Both the position numbers and the translations under genes were made by a program. The notes under the pieces were generated by a model that ran no database searches, was not told where the DNA came from, and saw only the letters and a program-made list of their open reading frames with translations. DNA of 24,000 nucleotides, from the NCBI RefSeq assembly GCF_042685105.1, contig NZ_JBHUMO010000056.1:65383-89382 (forward strand), read 5' to 3'. Within the stretch, counting starts at the first letter, position 1, and the number at the start of each line of letters is the position of its first letter. The stretch comes from Enterococcus camelliae. GTDB taxonomy: Bacteria; Bacillota; Bacilli; Lactobacillales; Enterococcaceae. This document shows positions 18,069-24,000 of this stretch, piece after piece.

Positions 18069-18194
18069 CATAGGGGAGTAATCGGCAGCAAATGCTGTGG
18101 CAACATCACCAACAAGAAAGAAATTTCTGGTGTTGCCTTAATTGGTGAGACTTATGTATGTTGTACTGCACGCATACACAGGTCTATTTTTTTT
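18069..18194 (+). ncRNA. yybP-ykoY-like (Mn2+) riboswitch aptamer (about 18069-18156) with overlapping intrinsic terminator (18147-18194)
   Basis: Conserved 5' GGGGAGTA (18073-18080) and 3' GGTGAGAC (18144-18151). P1-like CATA/TATG closing pairs. Internal helices CAGC-aaat-GCTG and GGCAACA..CCA/TGGTGTTGCC. Terminator GAGACTTATGTATG-(12 nt)-CATACACAGGTCT followed by T8, whose 5' arm overlaps the aptamer 3' strand. The downstream gene is a P-type Ca/Mn ATPase, a known context for this riboswitch class. Confidence 0.65.
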
Positions 18195-18236
18195 AACTTT
18201 GAGCGACTTGTGTAAAAGATACTAAGGGGGAAAATC

Positions 18237-20951
18237 ATGTCAGAATTAAGTGAAAAGAAACAGCAACAAACTGAGCCTTTTTACGCAAAAAGCGCAGAGG
18301 AGACACTTACTGCGTTGCACTCTCAAGCGGAAGGCCTATCAGATCAAGAGGCAGCTGCTCGTCTGGAACAATATGGACCAAATGAATTGGAAGCTGGGAA
18401 AAAGACCACCATCTTGCAAAAATTTTTAGAGCAGTTTAAAGACTTGATGATCATCGTGTTGTTAGTCGCTGCCATTATTTCCGCGGTTGTTTCTCATGAG
18501 GCAGTCGATGCCGCGATTATTCTAGCAGTTGTCATTATTAATGCCATTATGGGAGTTGTGCAAGAGTCTAAAGCGGAACAAGCGATTGAAGCGTTACGCG
18601 AGATGTCTACCCCTAATGCGAATATTCTTCGTTCAGGCCACTCAAAAAGTGTTAGCAGTCATGAGTTGGTTCCTGGGGATATTGTGCTATTAGAAGCCGG
18701 CGATGTTGTGCCCGCTGATATGCGTTTGTTAGAAATTAGTTCATTAAAAATTGAAGAGGCGGCATTGACCGGTGAATCCGTTCCTGTGGAAAAAGATTTA
18801 ACTGTTTTAGAGGGAACCGATATTGGCATTGGAGACCGCGTAAACATGGCCTATTCCAACAGCAATGTAACCTATGGCCGAGGAAAAGGGGTCGTTGTTA
18901 ACACCGGAATGAATACTGAAGTGGGCAAGATTGCCGGCATGCTAGCCAATGCCGATGAAACGGAAACACCGTTGAAGCGCAACTTGAATCAACTAGGAAA
19001 GTTTTTGACCATTGCAATCATTATTATTGCGGTCGTAATGTTCTTTGTCGGTACCTTGATTAACAATCAATCATGGGTAGATATGTTATTAACTTCTATC
19101 TCATTAGCTGTTGCGGCTATTCCAGAAGGATTACCAGCCATTGTAACCATTATTTTAGCCTTAGGTACACAAGTCATGGCCAAACGCAATGCGATGATTC
19201 GAAAGTTGCCAGCAGTTGAAACATTAGGCGCAACCGACATCATTTGTTCTGATAAAACAGGGACATTGACATTAAATCAAATGACAGTTGAAAAACTCTA
19301 CTTTGATGGTACGCAGTTTGCTGCCGATGAGGAAATTGCTAAAGATAATTTAGCCATTAAGTTGATGAATTATGCCAATGACACGAAGTTTAGTAAAGAA
19401 GGCGATCTGATTGGGGACCCTACTGAAACGGCATTGGTTCAATTTGGTTTAGATAAAGGCTTTGATGTTCGCCAAGAAGGCAAAGCCGAACCACGTGTAG
19501 CAGATTTGCCATTTGACTCTGATCGAAAATTGATGAGTACCATTCATCAATTGGCAGATGGCACGTTCTTGGTGGCCGTAAAAGGAGCCCCAGATGTTCT
19601 AATTAACCGATCGACAAAAATATATCAAGGAGGAAAAGAAATTTCCCTTGATGAAACACAAAAAACGGCCATTCTAGAAAATAATAAAAATATGGCACAA
19701 CAAGCTCTACGGGTACTAGGTGTTGCTTACAAAATTATGCCAACGTTGCCAGACGAACGCACCTCAGAAGTCATTGAAAATCAATTGGTCTTTACGGGCT
19801 TAATTGGGATGATTGACCCAGAACGTTCCGAAGCAGCGGAAGCAGTTCGTGTGGCGAAAGAGGCGGGTATTCGTCCAATTATGATTACTGGGGACCATCG
19901 TGATACGGCGGAAGCCATTGCTGGACGATTGGGAATCATTAAACCTGGTGATGATGATGCCGTGTTAACTGGAGCGGAATTAAATAATCTATCAGAAGCA
20001 GAATTTGCCAATAAGGTAACGCAATATTCGGTTTATGCGCGTGTTTCACCTGAACACAAAGTACGTATTGTAAAAGCATGGCAAAATGCTGGTAAAGTCG
20101 TAGCGATGACCGGTGATGGAGTCAATGATGCACCAGCATTGAAACAAGCTGATATTGGTGTTGGTATGGGAATTACGGGTACTGAAGTGTCAAAAGGTGC
20201 CTCAGATATGGTCCTTGCTGATGACAATTTTGCGACAATCGTCGTGGCCGTTGAAGAAGGACGCAAGGTATTCTCCAATATCCAAAAAGCCATTCAATAT
20301 TTAATGGCCGCAAACTTAGGGGAAGTATTAACACTCTTTATTGCCACGATTCTTGCTTGGGATACCTTGCTGCCTATTCATTTATTGTGGATTAACCTTG
20401 TAACAGATACCTTCCCAGCCATTGCATTAGGAATGGAACCTGCTGAAAAGAACCTAATGGCACACAAACCTCGTGGAAAAAAATCAAACTTCTTTTCCGG
20501 TGGGGTATTGAGTAGTATTATTTATCAAGGGATTTTGGAGGCCGCAACCGTGTTATTTGTTTACTGGTCAGCCATCCAATGGCCAGCACACACTGCGGAC
20601 AATATGATTGGTTTGTCGGCGGCACAATTATACGACCTACAACATGGCGATGCATTAACAATGGCTTTCGCTACTTTAGGGTTAATGCAATTGTTCCACG
20701 CGTTCAATGTGAAATCTGTTCACCAGTCCTTGTTTAAAGTAGGTTTCTTTAAAAATAAAGCATTCAACTATGCGATTCTTTTATCCTTTGTCATGATGAT
20801 GATTATTATCGTTGTACCAGGATTGAATGATATTTTCCGAGTGACTCATTTAGATACGTATCAATGGGGAATCGTATTAGGATCTTCATTCGCGATTATT
20901 CCTGTAGTTGAAATTGTCAAAGCCATTCAAAGGGCTATGGGCAAAGAGTAA
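18237..20951 (+). CDS. P-type (type IIA, PMR1/SERCA-like) Ca2+/Mn2+-transporting ATPase
   Basis: 904 aa with phosphorylation motif DKTGTLT, hinge [15 protein letters not shown] actuator motif and PEGLP in M4. Confidence 0.93.
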   Translation: MSELSEKKQQQTEPFYAKSAEETLTALHSQAEGLSDQEAAARLEQYGPNELEAGKKTTILQKFLEQFKDLMIIVLLVAAIISAVVSHEAVDAAIILAVVIINAIMGVVQESKAEQAIEALREMSTPNANILRSGHSKSVSSHELVPGDIVLLEAGDVVPADMRLLEISSLKIEEAALTGESVPVEKDLTVLEGTDIGIGDRVNMAYSNSNVTYGRGKGVVVNTGMNTEVGKIAGMLANADETETPLKRNLNQLGKFLTIAIIIIAVVMFFVGTLINNQSWVDMLLTSISLAVAAIPEGLPAIVTIILALGTQVMAKRNAMIRKLPAVETLGATDIICSDKTGTLTLNQMTVEKLYFDGTQFAADEEIAKDNLAIKLMNYANDTKFSKEGDLIGDPTETALVQFGLDKGFDVRQEGKAEPRVADLPFDSDRKLMSTIHQLADGTFLVAVKGAPDVLINRSTKIYQGGKEISLDETQKTAILENNKNMAQQALRVLGVAYKIMPTLPDERTSEVIENQLVFTGLIGMIDPERSEAAEAVRVAKEAGIRPIMITGDHRDTAEAIAGRLGIIKPGDDDAVLTGAELNNLSEAEFANKVTQYSVYARVSPEHKVRIVKAWQNAGKVVAMTGDGVNDAPALKQADIGVGMGITGTEVSKGASDMVLADDNFATIVVAVEEGRKVFSNIQKAIQYLMAANLGEVLTLFIATILAWDTLLPIHLLWINLVTDTFPAIALGMEPAEKNLMAHKPRGKKSNFFSGGVLSSIIYQGILEAATVLFVYWSAIQWPAHTADNMIGLSAAQLYDLQHGDALTMAFATLGLMQLFHAFNVKSVHQSLFKVGFFKNKAFNYAILLSFVMMMIIIVVPGLNDIFRVTHLDTYQWGIVLGSSFAIIPVVEIVKAIQRAMGKE

Positions 20952-20968
20952 AAATGAATTGCCATTTT

Positions 20969-21014
20969 AGTGATGGGTAAGCCAACTTGTTCGTTGCTTC
21001 CCATCACTTTTTTG
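20969..21014 (+). terminator. rho-independent terminator of the ATPase gene
   Basis: AGTGATGGG...CCCATCACT stem followed by TTTTTT. Confidence 0.8.
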
Positions 21015-21067
21015 TTGGAACGCGATTTTTCAGTTCAACCAGTAGTGCTATCTTTGGGAGAGTCAAC

Positions 21068-21096
21068 TTGGCGAAATGATGAAAACAAGGTAAAAT
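21068..21096 (+). promoter_or_regulatory. candidate promoter: TTGGCG, 17-nt spacer, TAAAAT
   Basis: Hexamers at 21068-21073 and 21091-21096, about 28 nt upstream of the next ATG. Confidence 0.4.
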
Positions 21097-21123
21097 AGAG
21101 AAAAACGGAAGAGGAGAACAGAG

Positions 21124-21552
21124 ATGAAACGACCAGATTTAGGCTATTATTTATCGATGATTAATTCGATTGTGACCGATACGGAACAAACCGGAACCCA
21201 ATTGAACGATGCTTTTGAAGAGGTGAAAGGTGCAATTGAACGAAAAGAGATTGCTTCGTTTGATGATGCCCGTCGCATGGAAATAGTAGAATTGTTTCAA
21301 ACGGGGACAGATAAGTATCGCCTAATGTTAGAACAAATCAGTAAATTACAGCCACCAGCCCGTATTTTAGGAAACCATAAAAAATTTGAGCACGCCTATA
21401 AAAGTTATGTGGCAGGTTGTGAAGAAATGATTCTTAGTTTAGAGGATGGTATCGATGTAGCAGCATTTTACGCAGCAGAAGAAAAACAAGATCAAGCCAC
21501 TGATGCAATCGCCGCAGCAATCCAAAAGATGACCCAAGTAATGGTAAAATAA
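21124..21552 (+). CDS. hypothetical cytoplasmic protein (142 aa, predicted all-helical)
   Basis: SD GGAAGAGGAG upstream and a clean ORF. No motif recognised. Confidence 0.6.
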   Translation: MKRPDLGYYLSMINSIVTDTEQTGTQLNDAFEEVKGAIERKEIASFDDARRMEIVELFQTGTDKYRLMLEQISKLQPPARILGNHKKFEHAYKSYVAGCEEMILSLEDGIDVAAFYAAEEKQDQATDAIAAAIQKMTQVMVK

Positions 21553-21661
21553 TCAGAAGAAACCAAGAAAAATTTAATCTAACTATTAGAAGATTTTCAA
21601 GATTGAATACGAGAGTTACGGTAAAATAATTACATAACCAACAATAACCTTTTTATTTTTC

Positions 21662-21729
21662 AGTAACTCCCTAACCAAGAGTTACTACTCCTTTTTCCGC
21701 TAGGCCTAACCAACCTAGTGGTTTTTTTT
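21662..21729 (+). terminator. two tandem hairpins with identical 9-nt loops (CCTAACCAA); the second is followed by T8
   Basis: AGTAACTC-CCTAACCAA-GAGTTACT (21662-21686) and CCGCTAGG-CCTAACCAA-CCTAGTGG (21697-21721), then TTTTTTTT (21722-21729). Confidence 0.55.
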
Positions 21730-21763
21730 GTGCCTTGATACATAAGGGGTTCTAGCCACTTTA

Positions 21764-21979
21764 TCAAATAATTGATGTTGGCCAAAAAGAGTAGCAAAAA
21801 TAAAAAGGTCTGTGCATTTGTCCGTGCATTGGGTTAAAACCCAACAAAATTGGCAAACTTTGAAGCTGTTTTTTTTTCTCTTCAGGCATGACATGAGAGT
21901 AAATTTCTAATGTGATGGTTATATTTTTATGGCCTAACCGTTCACTCACTTCTTTCTTGTCTATTTTTTTGATTTTTTT
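21764..21979 (-). pseudogene. C-terminal remnant of a tyrosine recombinase/phage integrase
   Basis: The translation ..KKIDKKEVSERLGHKNITITLEIYSHVMPEEKKK.. matches the integrase box II (LGH....T...Y.H with catalytic Tyr). An in-frame TAG closes the reading frame at 21980-21982, so the N-terminal ~300 aa of a normal integrase are absent. Confidence 0.6.
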
Positions 21980-22123
21980 CTAGGCAATGCAATCAACATG
22001 GTCGTTTTGAGATTGGCTTTGCCAATTAGCTTTTGGTTGAACTTTTTCTTTTTAATTCGTTTGTTCAATCAATCTCCTCTCCTCTCTTCTTGTTTATTGA
22101 GTAGTGCTGAAAAATTCGTCATG

Positions 22124-22153
22124 AAAAAAGCTACCTGTGCGGGTAGCTTTTTT
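22124..22153. terminator. bidirectional rho-independent terminator (ends the minus-strand pgl operon)
   Basis: AAAAAAGCTACC-tgtgcg-GGTAGCTTTTTT. Confidence 0.75.
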
Positions 22154-22163
22154 CGTTGATAAA

Positions 22164-22325
22164 CTAATTTTCAACATTTTGAACATAATCTTCAAAATAT
22201 TGTAAAAGGTCGTGTTTGAAAGCTTGGTACTCTTCTTCTGTATAGGTTTTGTTTTCCACTTTGACATTGAAAAATGGCAAAGATAATTCTTCTCTAAGTC
22301 TTTCTAATACTTCATCTGAATTCAT
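22164..22325 (-). CDS. small acidic hypothetical protein (53 aa), not in the supplied ORF track
   Basis: My translation: MNSDEVLERLREELSLPFFNVKVENKTYTEEEYQAFKHDLLQYFEDYVQNVEN. AGGAGG lies 7 nt upstream of the ATG and overlaps the stop of the upstream gene. A terminator follows directly. Confidence 0.5.
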   Translation of the reverse strand: MNSDEVLERLREELSLPFFNVKVENKTYTEEEYQAFKHDLLQYFEDYVQNVEN

Positions 22326-22336
22326 AGCAATTCCTC

Positions 22337-22696
22337 CTAAATCATGTTGAAAGAAGTGGATAACGTTTCGAAAGCTGTCTGCATTTCGGCCATTCGTTTG
22401 GATAATGAAAGAAAGTCATCTTGGTCATGAAACAAAATTTGTTTCAATTCAAAGTAAAATTGATCAAAAGCGTTCACGAAATCTTCAACCTCGGTGGTTT
22501 GCAATTCAGGGAATGTATCGCAACGAACGTAGGATTTTTCCGCAATTGCATAGATTTCCGCAGTTGTCAAAATAGCTAGATCGCTATCAAAACGCCGATT
22601 AGCAATTAATTCACTAACGGCATGGGACTTATTTAAGATATTGGAAAAGTCTTTTAAAATGAGCTCTTTTGGGGTCTTGCTAAACATGGTGAACAC
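22337..22696 (-). CDS. hypothetical protein (119 aa)
   Basis: SD GAGAGGAAG upstream. Starts 13 nt after the pgl stop. No motif recognised. Confidence 0.6.
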   Translation of the reverse strand: MFTMFSKTPKELILKDFSNILNKSHAVSELIANRRFDSDLAILTTAEIYAIAEKSYVRCDTFPELQTTEVEDFVNAFDQFYFELKQILFHDQDDFLSLSKRMAEMQTAFETLSTSFNMI

Positions 22697-22709
22697 TTCC
22701 TCTCTTCAC

Positions 22710-23732
22710 TTAGGCTTTTTTCTGAGTAACACAGACACATTCTGGCGCAACGACATCATTTTGAACAACGGTGAGTTTTCCACTTTTGGCATCACGTGAA
22801 AATAAAACGAGATTATCTGAATCTTGGTGAGCACAAAGTAAAAAATCTTCTGATTGATTGAAATTGAAGTCGCGAGGAATTTCACCGTTGGAAGGAACAA
22901 TTTCAACTAAGGATAATTGACCGTCCACATGGATTTGATAAACTGCTAATGAATTGTGGCCACGGTTTGAAGCATAGACAAATTGTCCATCTTTTGTAAC
23001 CCGTACAGCCGCTCCTCCATTAAAAGCTTGGTAATCTGCGGGCAAAGTTGAAATCTTTTGTTGTTTGGTGAATGTCCCCGTTTCTTGATGATATGCTAGG
23101 GTTGTTAAGGTACTGTCTAGTTCTCCAAAAAGATACGCAATGCGACCATTCGGATGAAAAGCAAGATGGCGAGGACCAGTTCCTGGTTCTGCTTGATAGC
23201 GAGCGACGAGGGTTAAGGTACCTTGTTCACTCACGTCATAAGTATAAACAGAGTCTGTTCCTAAATCGCAAACGGCCAGTCGATAATCAGGAGTTAAGTC
23301 GGCATAGTGAACGTGGGCATGATTTTGATTTTCATGTGGTCCCAATGGTTCTTCGTGAACAATACGATCGGCGAGCGTCAAGGTGCCATCGTGTTCAATT
23401 TTATAAACAGTAACTTCTCCCTTGTGGTAATTTGCACCATAGACAAGCTGACGTGTTTCATCAACAGCGACGTAACAAGGAGCTGCCCCTTCTTCTGCGA
23501 CGATATTTAAACGAGACCCATCTGGCGAATAGGCTGCTACACCACCATTGCCATTGTTTGCGGACACGGTGTAAACAACGCCGTTTAAGCTTTGGGCTAA
23601 ATAAGTTGGCCCACTTTCAGCAATCATTACTTGTACCTCTGAGAGTGTACTGGTTTCGGTATCGAGTTGCACTGTATAGATGCCTTTGCTACTTTTTTTT
23701 GTGTAAGTTCCTAATAAAAATGTTTCTTGCAT
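22710..23732 (-). CDS. pgl: 6-phosphogluconolactonase (YbhE/Pgl-type 7-bladed beta-propeller lactonase)
   Basis: 340 aa with an N-terminal LGTYTKKSSKGIY.. block, repeated beta-propeller motifs, and ..GPRHLAFHPNG..YASNRGHNSLAVY.. typical of the family. AGGAGG lies 7 nt upstream of the ATG. Confidence 0.85.
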   Translation of the reverse strand: MQETFLLGTYTKKSSKGIYTVQLDTETSTLSEVQVMIAESGPTYLAQSLNGVVYTVSANNGNGGVAAYSPDGSRLNIVAEEGAAPCYVAVDETRQLVYGANYHKGEVTVYKIEHDGTLTLADRIVHEEPLGPHENQNHAHVHYADLTPDYRLAVCDLGTDSVYTYDVSEQGTLTLVARYQAEPGTGPRHLAFHPNGRIAYLFGELDSTLTTLAYHQETGTFTKQQKISTLPADYQAFNGGAAVRVTKDGQFVYASNRGHNSLAVYQIHVDGQLSLVEIVPSNGEIPRDFNFNQSEDFLLCAHQDSDNLVLFSRDAKSGKLTVVQNDVVAPECVCVTQKKA

Positions 23733-23830
23733 TGAAACGCCTCCTACATCGCTAAGTTGCTTTTATTGTATCATATAACCAACCACAAACAATCTGAAAA
23801 AGAGATATGGTATACTCAAATAAGAGACAC

Positions 23831-24000
23831 ATGGAAAGTTTGGAGGGGTTTCATTGGAAGAAAAAAAACAACCACAAGTGAAGCGCGTTGCTTCTTGGTT
23901 TTGGAAATGGTTTTTAAATAATCAAGTGGTCACAGGCTTATTGATTGTTCTACTATTATTATTGATTGTCTTTTTATTTACCAAGGTTTCCTACTTGTTG
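23831..24000 (+). CDS. membrane protein, N-terminal part (runs off the window); weakly AI-2E/PerM-permease-like N-terminus
   Basis: Frame open from ATG 23831 to the window end: MESLEGFHWKKKKQPQVKRVASWFWKWFLNNQVVTGLLIVLLLLLIVFLF... An extended -10 TGGTATACT lies at 23808-23816. The start codon and SD are uncertain. Confidence 0.4.

Noticed and set aside
18030-18215. Plus-strand ORF 18030-18215 (61 aa)
   Set aside because: It has a non-ATG start and lies entirely within the riboswitch aptamer and terminator. RNA structure explains the region better.
18659-20293. Minus-strand ORFs inside the P-type ATPase gene (18659-18847, 19781-20011, 20033-20293)
   Set aside because: They are antisense shadows with biased Ser/Pro/Ala composition mirroring the sense codons.
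22706-23755. ORFs 22706-22906(-), 23072-23413(+), 23307-23510(+) and 23432-23755(+) overlapping pgl
   Set aside because: They are alternative-frame or antisense ORFs within the beta-propeller lactonase gene, with no SD and no recognisable domains.

Overview
Low-GC Firmicutes chromosomal segment that looks Enterococcus-like (Lactobacillales), mostly housekeeping and transport genes. In order: the 3' end of a BceA-like ABC ATPase and its FtsX/BceB-type permease, which is broken by a frameshift in a T9 run; rlmN; an oligopeptide (Opp) locus with two tandem oppA lipoprotein paralogues, one antisense small membrane gene, and oppB-oppC-oppD-oppF; 24 nt after oppF, an intact but truncated TnpB-like ORF; a convergent operon (small membrane protein plus Nudix/NrtR-like protein); a SugE/Gdx-type SMR exporter; a GNAT acetyltransferase; metG; a yybP-ykoY-like (Mn2+) riboswitch leader in front of a P-type Ca2+/Mn2+ ATPase; a hypothetical gene; a tyrosine-integrase scar; a pgl (6-phosphogluconolactonase) operon with two small hypothetical genes; and the start of a membrane protein. 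The main finding is the TnpB-like ORF (11598-12605). It has lost the RuvC-I Asp, the zinc finger and the RuvC-III motif, has no tnpA or IS ends, and is followed by about 100 nt of structured non-coding sequence. This fits a domesticated, nuclease-dead, RNA-guided TnpB derivative (TldR-type repressor) embedded in the opp operon with its guide RNA. The scaffold/guide boundary and the target could not be fixed from sequence alone. The best short matches fall on the promoter region upstream of the first oppA, but they are at chance level for AT-rich DNA. No rRNA, tRNA, CRISPR array or intact mobile element was seen.
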